Source: an uncultured Lachnospiraceae bacterium (GTDB lineage: Bacteria > Bacillota > Clostridia > Lachnospirales > Lachnospiraceae). From it: a stretch of 64,000 nucleotides of DNA. Positions within the stretch are counted from its first letter, which is position 1. Each line of letters begins with the position of its first letter. The position numbers and the translations under genes are program-made. The stretch spans positions 30,087 through 94,086 of the forward strand of contig ONCT01000001.1 of the NCBI GenBank assembly GCA_900316395.1, written 5' to 3'. Positions 45,757 to 57,045 of the stretch are shown one piece after another. The notes beneath the pieces were generated by a model. That model was given only the letters and a program-made list of their open reading frames with translations. It ran no database searches and was not told the DNA's origin.

Positions 45757-46677
45757 ATGATTTCGTATGAGGGACTTGAGAAGGCGCTGAAGGAAAAAGG
45801 AATTGGAAAGACAGAACTGTCTACAGAGTTAGGATTGTCCACACGAACAGTTGCCAAGATAGCAAAAGGAGAAAAACTGTCTAAGCGTAGTATACATAGA
45901 ATCGCTGAGTATCTTGGTGAATCAACAGATGTTATAATGAAGGAAATTTCCGATAACAGAATCCTACAAATACTTCGCGAAGAAAAGGATATGAAACTAT
46001 CTGGTGGTCTCTATCATGAACTTCAAGTCAGGATGACATACAATTCCAATCATATTGAGGGAAGTAGACTTTCAGAGGAGCAGACACGGTTGATATTTGA
46101 GACGAATACTCTTGATGTGGGTGATGGGATACAGGTGGATGATGTGTTAGAGACCGTACATCATTTCAGGGCGATTGATTATGTGATAGATGTTGCAGAA
46201 GATGAACTTACAGAGGACATTATCAAGTACTTTCATTATATATTGAAGCATGACACTAAGGACTCCACTCTCGAATGGTTTGCAGTCGGTGATTACAAGA
46301 AGAGAGCAAACGTTGTTGGTGGAAGGAAGACCACTAGCCCGTCAGAAGTTAGTAACCACATGAAGTCTTTGTTACACGAGTACAATTCCATGGAAAATGT
46401 TGATATAGAAGATATAATAGCATTTCATGCTGATTTCGAATATATTCATCCATTTCAGGATGGTAACGGAAGAGTAGGAAGGCTTATTGCACTTAAAGAA
46501 TGTCTTCATCATGACATAATACCGTTTATAATAGAGGATTCTAAAAAGAATTATTACTACAGAGGGCTTTCTGAATGGCGAAATGAAAAGGGCTATCTTA
46601 TAGACACATGTCTTGATGGGCAGGATACATTTGTAAAGATCCTTGATATGTTAGAGCTTGCAAGTGACTTTGCTTAA
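45757..46677 (+). CDS. HTH (XRE-like) + Fic domain protein (putative AMPylase), class II with SxxxEG inhibitory motif
   Basis: Fic motif HPFQDGNGRVGR. Upstream SNHIEG matches the (S/T)xxxE(G/N) alpha-inh. N-terminal ELSTELGLSTRTVAKIAKGE HTH. Confidence 0.85.
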   Translation: MISYEGLEKALKEKGIGKTELSTELGLSTRTVAKIAKGEKLSKRSIHRIAEYLGESTDVIMKEISDNRILQILREEKDMKLSGGLYHELQVRMTYNSNHIEGSRLSEEQTRLIFETNTLDVGDGIQVDDVLETVHHFRAIDYVIDVAEDELTEDIIKYFHYILKHDTKDSTLEWFAVGDYKKRANVVGGRKTTSPSEVSNHMKSLLHEYNSMENVDIEDIIAFHADFEYIHPFQDGNGRVGRLIALKECLHHDIIPFIIEDSKKNYYYRGLSEWRNEKGYLIDTCLDGQDTFVKILDMLELASDFA

Positions 46678-46689
46678 TGTACTAGACAA

Positions 46690-46757
46690 AGAAAATATGA
46701 GCTGACATGCGCCAAGCGATTTTCTCCATGAGCGTGCGTATGTCAGTCATATTTTCT
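46690..46757 (+). repeat. conserved-loop hairpin, copy B
   Basis: AGAAAATATGAGCTGACATGCGC-[CAAGCGATTTTCTCCATGAGCGT]-GCGTATGTCAGTCATATTTTCT, with one bulge and one G-U pair. Confidence 0.8.
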
Positions 46758-46775
46758 AAGAATAACACTAAACAC

Positions 46776-46804
46776 TTGACATATGCATAATATGGTAGTA
46801 GAAT
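46776..46804 (+). promoter_or_regulatory. sigma-A-type promoter of the gltB operon
   Basis: TTGACA, 17 nt spacer, TAGAAT. Confidence 0.65.
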
Positions 46805-46836
46805 AATAACGATTTTAAGAAGAAATAGTGATTTAT

Positions 46837-46852
46837 GAAGCAAAGGCGCTTC
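46837..46852 (+). promoter_or_regulatory. hexaloop hairpin (candidate ANTAR-bound antiterminator) in the gltB leader
   Basis: GAAGC-AAAGGC-GCUUC. Same loop as the asnB leader with fully compensated stem changes. It overlaps the terminator 5' arm. Confidence 0.55.
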
Positions 46853-46882
46853 GAGTTTACGCTCGAAGTGCCTATTTTTTTG
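46845..46882 (+). terminator. leader (attenuator) terminator upstream of gltB
   Basis: GGCGCTTCGAG-tttacg-CTCGAAGTGCC followed by TA-T7, about 25 nt before the gltB start. Confidence 0.8.
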
Positions 46883-46905
46883 CTTGTATTTAGGAGGAAA
46901 AAGCT

Positions 46906-49900
46906 ATGTCTAACGCATTTGAACAGATTACAGAAAACGGATTATATAGTCCTCAGTTTGAGCATGACAATTGTGGTATCGGTGCTGTTATTGATATAGA
47001 AGGTAGAGCCAGTCACAGTCTGGTTGCAGACGCCCTATCAATCGTCGAGAATCTCGAACACAGAGCAGGTAAGGATGCAGAGGGTAAAACCGGTGATGGT
47101 GTTGGTATTCTAACCCAGATTCCTCATAAATATTTTGTTAAGGTAATGAAGAAGCAGGGAGTAGAACTGGGTGGTCCAAGAGAATATGGTGTAGGAATGT
47201 TCTTCTTCCCACAGGATGACCTTGACATGAGACAGGCAAGTACAATGTTCGAGATTATTGTAAGAAAGGCAGGTCTCGAATTACTTGCATGGAGAAAGGT
47301 TGCATCTAAGCCAGGCGTATTAGGTTCTAAGGCTAAGGAGTGTATGCCTAATATCTATCAGGCATTTATTGCAAGACCAGATGGTGTTAAGTCGGACTTA
47401 GATTTCGATAGGAAGCTATATATCATAAGAAGAGAATTTGAACAAAGCTGTGATAATACATACGTGCCTTCCCTATCTTGTAGAACAATAGTATATAAGG
47501 GAATGTTTCTTGTAGGACAGCTTCGCACATTCTTTACAGACCTTCAGGATAAGGATTATGAATCAGCAATCGCAATGGTTCATTCAAGATTCTCAACTAA
47601 TACAATGCCAAGCTGGAATCGTGCGCATCCTAACAGGTTCATTGTTCATAATGGAGAGATTAACACAATTAAAGGCAACGCAGACAAGATGCTTGCAAGA
47701 GAAGAGACTATGTTTACAGACGCATTTGATTCAGAGGATATGACTAAGGTTCTTCCTGTAATATCACAGAGCGGCTCTGATTCTGCAATGCTTGATAACG
47801 TACTAGAATTTCTTGTTATGTCTGGAATGGACTTACCTCTAGCAATGACTATTATGCTTCCAGAACCATGGGCGCATAATGAGACATTAACTCAGGAAGA
47901 GAGAGATTTCTACCAATACTATGCAACTATGCTAGAGCCTTGGGATGGCCCTGCGTCAATCCTGTTTTCTGATGGTGATGTAATGGGTGCAATACTAGAT
48001 AGAAATGGTCTTCGCCCATCAAGATATTACATTATGGACGATGGCAGATTAATCCTGTCATCAGAGGTTGGTGTGCTTCCTCTTGATGAAAGCCACATTT
48101 TGAAGAAGGAGAGACTTCATCCAGGTAAAATCCTGTTAGTTGACACCAAGGAGAAGAAGATAATTCTAGATGATGAGCTTAAGGAGAGATATGCTCTTAA
48201 GAAGCCTTATGGTGAATGGCTTGATAGCAATTTGCTGCCACTTTCTGATATTAAGATTCCTAATAAGAAGGTTCCAAGTATCAAGGGAGATGACCTTAAG
48301 AAATTGCAGAAAGCATTCGGCTATACCTGGGAGAACTACAATGACGGAATCAAAGGAATGGCCCTTAATAATAATGAGACAATTGGCTCAATGGGTGTTG
48401 ATACGCCTATTGCTGCACTCTCAACTGAGTACCAGCAACTATTTTATTATTTCAAGCAGTTATTTGCACAGGTTACTAACCCACCAATTGATTCTCTTCG
48501 TGAAGAGATAGTAACATCAAGAACAGTTTACATTGGCAAAAACGGTAACCTCTTACAAGAGAAGGAAGATAACTGTCAGGTGGTTAAGATTGACAATCCA
48601 ATATTAGCCGACCTTGATTTACTTAAGATTGAGAATATGAACAAGGAAGGCTTCAAGGTTGCTAAGGTATCTACCCTATACTACAAGTCAACCCCAATTA
48701 AGCGTGTGCTTGACCATTTATTTGTTGAGGTGGATAAGGCATACAAAGAGGGAGCTAACATACTCATCCTATCAGATAGAGGAGTTGATGAGAACCATGT
48801 TGCACTTCCTTCACTTCTTGCTGTAGCAGCAGTACATAATCATCTGGTTCAGACTAAGAAATGTACAGCAATGTCTCTAATTCTTGAATCAGGAGAACCA
48901 TGTGAAGTACATCATTTTGCAACACTTCTTGGATACGGTGCAAGCGCAGTTAACCCATACCTTGCCCATGCAACAATTGAAGAATTAGTAGAAGATGACC
49001 TGTTAGATAAGGACTATTATGCAGCAGTTAAGGATTATGATAATGCAATTTTATTTGGAATAGTTAAGATTGCATCTAAAATGGGTATTTCCACAATTCA
49101 GTCATACCAGGGCAGCAAGATATTCGAGGCAATTGGAATATCATCTGAGGTTATTGACACATATTTCCCAGGTACAGTAAGTCGTATTGGTGGAATCACA
49201 TTAGAGGATATAGGTAAGGCAGTTGACAGACAGCATTCAAGAGCCTTCGACCCACTAGGTCTTCCAACCAACTTAGAGCTTACAGCCCTTGGTCGTCACA
49301 AGAGCAGAAGTCAGGGTGAGCATCACAGATATAACCCTAAGACAATTCATATGCTCCAATTGGCTACAAGAGAAGGAGACTATGAGAAGTTCAAGCAATA
49401 TACGGACATGGTCAACCAGGAAACTACAGGATATATAAGGAGTTTCCTAGACTTCACCTATCCAAAACAAGGTATTTCAATTGATGAAGTAGAAAGCGTT
49501 GATGAGATTGTTACAAGATTCAAGACAGGAGCCATGTCTTATGGCTCGATTTCGGAAGAAGCCCATCAGACTCTTGCCATAGCAATGAATCACTTGCATG
49601 GCAAGTCTAATAGTGGTGAAGGTGGGGAGAGCGATGAGCGTATGCTGTCTCGTGGCACTGATAATGACAGATGCTCTGCTATAAAACAGGTTGCCAGCGG
49701 TAGATTTGGAGTGACAAGTAGATACCTAACTAGTGCAAGAGAAATCCAAATCAAGATGGCACAAGGCGCAAAGCCAGGAGAAGGTGGCCACCTTCCTGGC
49801 AAAAAAGTATACCCATGGATTGCCAAGACGAGACATTCTACCCCAGGTGTAAGCTTAATCTCGCCACCACCTCATCATGATATTTATTCAATTGAGGATT

Positions 49901-51456
49901 TGGCACAATTAATCTATGACCTAAAATGTGCTAACAAGAACGCCCGCGTATCTGTCAAGCTTGTATCAGAATCAGGCGTAGGTACAGTTGCGGCAGGTGT
50001 TGCCAAGGCAGGAGCAGGAGTAATCCTAATTTCAGGATACGATGGTGGAACAGGTGCTGCACCACTTTCATCTATTCATAATGCAGGACTTCCTTGGGAG
50101 CTTGGACTGTCTGAGACACATCAAACCTTGATTGCCAATGGACTAAGGAACAAGGTTGTAATTGAGACTGACGGTAAGTTAATGAGTGGTAAGGATGTTG
50201 CCATCGCAGCAATACTTGGAGCAGAGGAATTCGGATTTGCCACAGCGCCGCTTATTACACTAGGTTGCGTAATGATGAGAGCCTGCCAGTCAGATACATG
50301 TCCTATGGGTGTTGCCACACAGAATCCTGAGCTAAGAAAGAGATTCAAGGGCAAGCCAGAATATGTTGAGAATTTCATGAGATTTATTGCTCAGCAGCTT
50401 CGTGAAATAATGGCTAAGCTGGGAGTAAAATCAATTGACGAGCTTGTTGGAAGAACTGATCTTCTTCGCGTTAAGGATGAGCTTGATACAACAGATGTGA
50501 AGCTTGATTTAACAAGAATTCTAATGAGAGATTTTGATAAGACACTTTCTCACAGTCCTAAGAATTTATATGATTTCGAGCTTGAGAAGACTAAGGACGA
50601 GAGTGTTCTTCTTGCATCCAAGGATATTAAGAAGGCAATTAAGGAGGGCAAGAAGGCTAAGGCTAGTGTAGAGCTTAAGAGTGTTGACAGAACATTTGGT
50701 ACACTTCTTGGAGCCGAGATTACAAGGAATAACCTTGATGGTTTAAGTGAGGATACAATCACAATTGATTGTACTGGCGCAGGTGGCCAGAGCTTTGGCG
50801 CATTTATTCCTAAGGGACTCACCCTTAATCTTGTTGGAGACAGCAACGATTACTTTGGCAAGGGCCTATCAGGCGGTAAGCTGATTGTTAAGGCGCCTAA
50901 GGAAGCGAAATACAATCCACATGAGAATATCATTATTGGAAATGTTGCATTGTACGGAGCCACAAGTGGTAAAGCCTTCATAGCTGGTATGGCAGGTGAG
51001 AGATTCTGCATTCGTAATTCAGGTGCAACAGCCTGTGTCGAAGGCGTGGGCGAGCACGGATGCGAGTATATGACAGGAGGAGTGGCCGTTATACTTGGCC
51101 CAACAGGCAAGAACTTTGCAGCAGGAATGTCAGGTGGTGTGGCCTATGTTCTTGATGAGAATAACAAGCTATACAAGAACCTGAATAAGCAGCTTGTCTC
51201 TATGGAAAATGTTGATTCCAAAGTAGATAAGGAGGAACTTAAGGCAATCATCAGTGAACATGTTAAGTTAACAGGTTCTAAGAAGGGTCAGGAAGTGCTA
51301 GATGACTTTGACAATGAGGTTAAGCATTTCAAGAAGATTATACCAACTGATTATAAGATTATTATGAAGGAAATCGCACATCAGAAGGAACAGGGAGCTG
51401 ATGATGACACAGCGAAGATTGAAGCGTTCAAAGTAGTTGTAGGAGGTGAGAAGTAA
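46906..51456 (+). CDS. gltB: glutamate synthase large subunit
   Basis: 1516 aa. N-terminal HDNCGIGAV Ntn amidotransferase. FMN and GXGXG domains. Confidence 0.95.
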   Translation: MSNAFEQITENGLYSPQFEHDNCGIGAVIDIEGRASHSLVADALSIVENLEHRAGKDAEGKTGDGVGILTQIPHKYFVKVMKKQGVELGGPREYGVGMFFFPQDDLDMRQASTMFEIIVRKAGLELLAWRKVASKPGVLGSKAKECMPNIYQAFIARPDGVKSDLDFDRKLYIIRREFEQSCDNTYVPSLSCRTIVYKGMFLVGQLRTFFTDLQDKDYESAIAMVHSRFSTNTMPSWNRAHPNRFIVHNGEINTIKGNADKMLAREETMFTDAFDSEDMTKVLPVISQSGSDSAMLDNVLEFLVMSGMDLPLAMTIMLPEPWAHNETLTQEERDFYQYYATMLEPWDGPASILFSDGDVMGAILDRNGLRPSRYYIMDDGRLILSSEVGVLPLDESHILKKERLHPGKILLVDTKEKKIILDDELKERYALKKPYGEWLDSNLLPLSDIKIPNKKVPSIKGDDLKKLQKAFGYTWENYNDGIKGMALNNNETIGSMGVDTPIAALSTEYQQLFYYFKQLFAQVTNPPIDSLREEIVTSRTVYIGKNGNLLQEKEDNCQVVKIDNPILADLDLLKIENMNKEGFKVAKVSTLYYKSTPIKRVLDHLFVEVDKAYKEGANILILSDRGVDENHVALPSLLAVAAVHNHLVQTKKCTAMSLILESGEPCEVHHFATLLGYGASAVNPYLAHATIEELVEDDLLDKDYYAAVKDYDNAILFGIVKIASKMGISTIQSYQGSKIFEAIGISSEVIDTYFPGTVSRIGGITLEDIGKAVDRQHSRAFDPLGLPTNLELTALGRHKSRSQGEHHRYNPKTIHMLQLATREGDYEKFKQYTDMVNQETTGYIRSFLDFTYPKQGISIDEVESVDEIVTRFKTGAMSYGSISEEAHQTLAIAMNHLHGKSNSGEGGESDERMLSRGTDNDRCSAIKQVASGRFGVTSRYLTSAREIQIKMAQGAKPGEGGHLPGKKVYPWIAKTRHSTPGVSLISPPPHHDIYSIEDLAQLIYDLKCANKNARVSVKLVSESGVGTVAAGVAKAGAGVILISGYDGGTGAAPLSSIHNAGLPWELGLSETHQTLIANGLRNKVVIETDGKLMSGKDVAIAAILGAEEFGFATAPLITLGCVMMRACQSDTCPMGVATQNPELRKRFKGKPEYVENFMRFIAQQLREIMAKLGVKSIDELVGRTDLLRVKDELDTTDVKLDLTRILMRDFDKTLSHSPKNLYDFELEKTKDESVLLASKDIKKAIKEGKKAKASVELKSVDRTFGTLLGAEITRNNLDGLSEDTITIDCTGAGGQSFGAFIPKGLTLNLVGDSNDYFGKGLSGGKLIVKAPKEAKYNPHENIIIGNVALYGATSGKAFIAGMAGERFCIRNSGATACVEGVGEHGCEYMTGGVAVILGPTGKNFAAGMSGGVAYVLDENNKLYKNLNKQLVSMENVDSKVDKEELKAIISEHVKLTGSKKGQEVLDDFDNEVKHFKKIIPTDYKIIMKEIAHQKEQGADDDTAKIEAFKVVVGGEK

Positions 51457-52940
51457 TGGGTAAGACAACGGGATTCTTAGAGTATGACAGACTTGAGGGA
51501 CCAGTAAGAACTGAAGAAGACAGAATTAAGGATTTCAAGGAATTCCATGAAGCATTACCTCTTACCAAGCAGCAGGAACAGGCTGCAAGATGTATGAACT
51601 GCGGAATACCATTTTGTCAGGCGGGAGCATTGATATCAGGAATGGTATCGGGCTGTCCACTTAACAACCTTGTTCCAGAGGTAAATGACCTTGTATATAG
51701 AGGAAGAATGGAAGAAGCCTATAAGAGATTATCTGTAACGCACAGCTTTCCGGAATTCACAAGCAGAGTGTGTCCTGCATTATGCGAAGCCGCATGTACC
51801 TGTGGCTATCAGGATGGAAGTGTATCAACTAAGGAGAATGAGAAAGCAGTTATCGAATATGCTTATGCTAATAACCTTGTTGAAGAGATACATCCTAAGA
51901 CACGAACAGGTAAGAAGGTTGCTGTAATTGGAAGTGGACCTTCTGGTCTTGCAACAGCGCAGCTTCTTAACAGACGTGGCCATGAGGTTACGGTGTACGA
52001 AAGAAGGGATAGAGTTGGCGGACTTCTTCGTTATGGCATTCCTAATATGAAGTTAGACAAGTCTCTAATTGACAGGCGAGTTAAGCTAATGGAAGATGCA
52101 GGTGTTACCTTCAAAGTAAATGTTGATGTGGGCAAGGACATTACTGCGTCAGAACTGAAGAAGGAATACGATAGCATTGTACTTGCATGTGGTGCATCTA
52201 ATCCAAGAGATATTAAGGCCCCTGGTCGTGAGGCCAAGGGAATAAGATTCGCCGTTGATTTCCTAACAGAAGTTACCAAGACTTTGCTTGATAGCAATTT
52301 CGAGAAAGTTCCAACTAATCTTGCCAAGGACAAGGATGTAATAATTATCGGTGGCGGAGATACTGGAAATGACTGTTGTGGAACCTGTATCAGACTGGGA
52401 GCAAAAAGTGTTACACAGCTTGAGATGATGCCTAAGCCATCAGAAGAAAGACTGCCATCAAATCCATGGCCAGAATGGCCTAGAATTCTCAAGGTAGATT
52501 ACGGTCAGGAAGAGTCCATATACAAGTTCGGACACGATCCAAGAATCTATCAGACGACTGTTAAGGAATTCATTAAGGATAAGAAGGGTAACCTTAAGGA
52601 AGTAGTATTAGTTAAACTAGAATCTAAGAAGGATGAGAAGACGGGACGATTCATGATGGTTCCAATCGAAGGAACAGAAGAAACAGTTCCATGTCAGCTT
52701 GTCCTAATTGCAGCAGGCTTCTTAGGAAGTGAGAAGTATGTCACCGACGACTTCAAGGTTGAACTTGACGGCAGAACCAATGTTAAGACAGAAGGCGACA
52801 AGCATTCCTCATCCCAGCCTAACATCTACGCTGCAGGCGATGTCCGTAGTGGCCAGTCATTAGTAGTTCGAGCCATAGCCGACGGCCGCAAAGCCGCCAG
52901 AGAAGTCGACTTGGCACTCATGGGCTACACCAACTTGTAA
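51456..52940 (+). CDS. gltD: glutamate synthase small subunit (NADPH)
   Basis: Cys clusters CMNCGIPFC and CPALCEAAC. VAVIGSGPSGLATA dinucleotide motif. Start overlaps the gltB stop. Confidence 0.9.
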   Translation: MGKTTGFLEYDRLEGPVRTEEDRIKDFKEFHEALPLTKQQEQAARCMNCGIPFCQAGALISGMVSGCPLNNLVPEVNDLVYRGRMEEAYKRLSVTHSFPEFTSRVCPALCEAACTCGYQDGSVSTKENEKAVIEYAYANNLVEEIHPKTRTGKKVAVIGSGPSGLATAQLLNRRGHEVTVYERRDRVGGLLRYGIPNMKLDKSLIDRRVKLMEDAGVTFKVNVDVGKDITASELKKEYDSIVLACGASNPRDIKAPGREAKGIRFAVDFLTEVTKTLLDSNFEKVPTNLAKDKDVIIIGGGDTGNDCCGTCIRLGAKSVTQLEMMPKPSEERLPSNPWPEWPRILKVDYGQEESIYKFGHDPRIYQTTVKEFIKDKKGNLKEVVLVKLESKKDEKTGRFMMVPIEGTEETVPCQLVLIAAGFLGSEKYVTDDFKVELDGRTNVKTEGDKHSSSQPNIYAAGDVRSGQSLVVRAIADGRKAAREVDLALMGYTNL

Positions 52941-52965
52941 TACACTAAATAATAAGGAGTAAATC

Positions 52966-55794
<2,829 letters not shown>

Positions 55795-55795
<1 letters not shown>

Positions 55796-56871
55796 TGATA
55801 GCTAATAGGAAATTAATATTAGAAGATGGTTCGTGCTATGAAGGCATAGGATTTGGAAGTAATGATGAGAAAGTATTAGAGATTGTATTCAATACATCAA
55901 TGGCAGGATATCAGGAAATATTATCAGACCCGTCCTATACAGATCAGGCAATTGTAATGTCATATCCTTTAATTGGTAATTATGGTATAGCAGAAGAGGA
56001 TTTCGAGAGTAAAATGATTGGTGCAAGTGCACTAATTGTAAGAGACATTAATGATAATCCTTCTAACTTTCGCTCCACTAAGTCAGTTCCAGAGTTACTA
56101 GAAGAAGCAGGCGTGCCGGGTATATACGGAGTTGACACGAGACAACTAGTAAGAAGTATTAGAGACCATGGTTCCAGAAGATGCATAATAACAGATGCTA
56201 GTACTTCTAGCGAATTAGGGGTGTCCCGAATTAAGGACACCCCAATAAGTCATGATGCAGTAAGAAGAGTTAGCTGTAAGAAGAAATATTATTCCCGCAC
56301 ATCTAATCCTAGATACAATGTGGTTGCAATTGACTGTGGCATGAAGACTAACATTGTAAGAATGCTTAATGATAATAGATGCAATGTAACAGTTGTGCCA
56401 TACAATACAACTAGCGATGAGATACTTGCCCTTCATCCTGATGGATTGTTTATATCTAATGGACCAGGAGATCCAACTGATGTTCCAGAAGTAATTGATA
56501 CACTAAGAGGTCTTCATGGCAGGGTTCCAATGTTTGGAATATGTCTTGGCCACCAGCTTATTGCGCTGTCTTACGGAGCTAAGACATATAAGCTTAAGTT
56601 CGGACATAGAGGCGGCAACCATCCAGTTCGCGACGTAAGAACAGGCAAGATTGAGATTACCAGTCAGAATCACAGCTACGCAGTTGACGCAGATTCTATT
56701 CCACAAGATGAACTTAAGATATCTCATATCAATCTATTAGATAATACTGTTGAAGGGTTGTATAGCAATAAGAATAAGGTCTTCTCAGTTCAGTATCATC
56801 CAGAAAGCGCACCGGGTCCATGTGACAGCATGTACCTATTCAATAGATTTACTGAGCTAATGAAGAATTAA
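55795..56871 (+). CDS. carA: carbamoyl-phosphate synthase small (glutaminase) subunit
   Basis: 358 aa. GICLGHQL catalytic Cys. YHPES motif. Confidence 0.95.
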
Positions 56872-56874
56872 TAG

Positions 56875-56931
56875 TATGAGATAATATCTGCCAAGCGATT
56901 TTCTTCATGAGCGTGCAGATATTATCTCATA
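56875..56931 (+). repeat. conserved-loop hairpin, copy C
   Basis: Perfect 17-bp stem TATGAGATAATATCTGC / GCAGATATTATCTCATA around CAAGCGATTTTCTTCATGAGCGT. Confidence 0.85.
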
Positions 56932-56952
56932 GGATAACAGTACATTATAGCC

Positions 56953-57017
56953 AGGTTAAGATATAATACCTACTAAGCGATTTTCTGTATGAGCGCGTAG
57001 GTATTATATCTTAACCT
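56953..57017 (+). repeat. conserved-loop hairpin, copy D
   Basis: Perfect 21-bp stem AGGTTAAGATATAATACCTAC / GTAGGTATTATATCTTAACCT around TAAGCGATTTTCTGTATGAGCGC. Confidence 0.85.
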
Positions 57018-57045
57018 TACAAGATACTACATCAGGAGATTAATT

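Noticed and set aside
56892-56914. Coding potential of the conserved 23-nt core: minus strand reads ATGAAGAAAATCGCTTGG (MKKIAW), plus strand contains ATGAGCG
   Set aside because: The minus-strand ATG is present in only two of four copies (ATA in the others). The downstream frames differ and stop within 15-19 codons. No SD is present.
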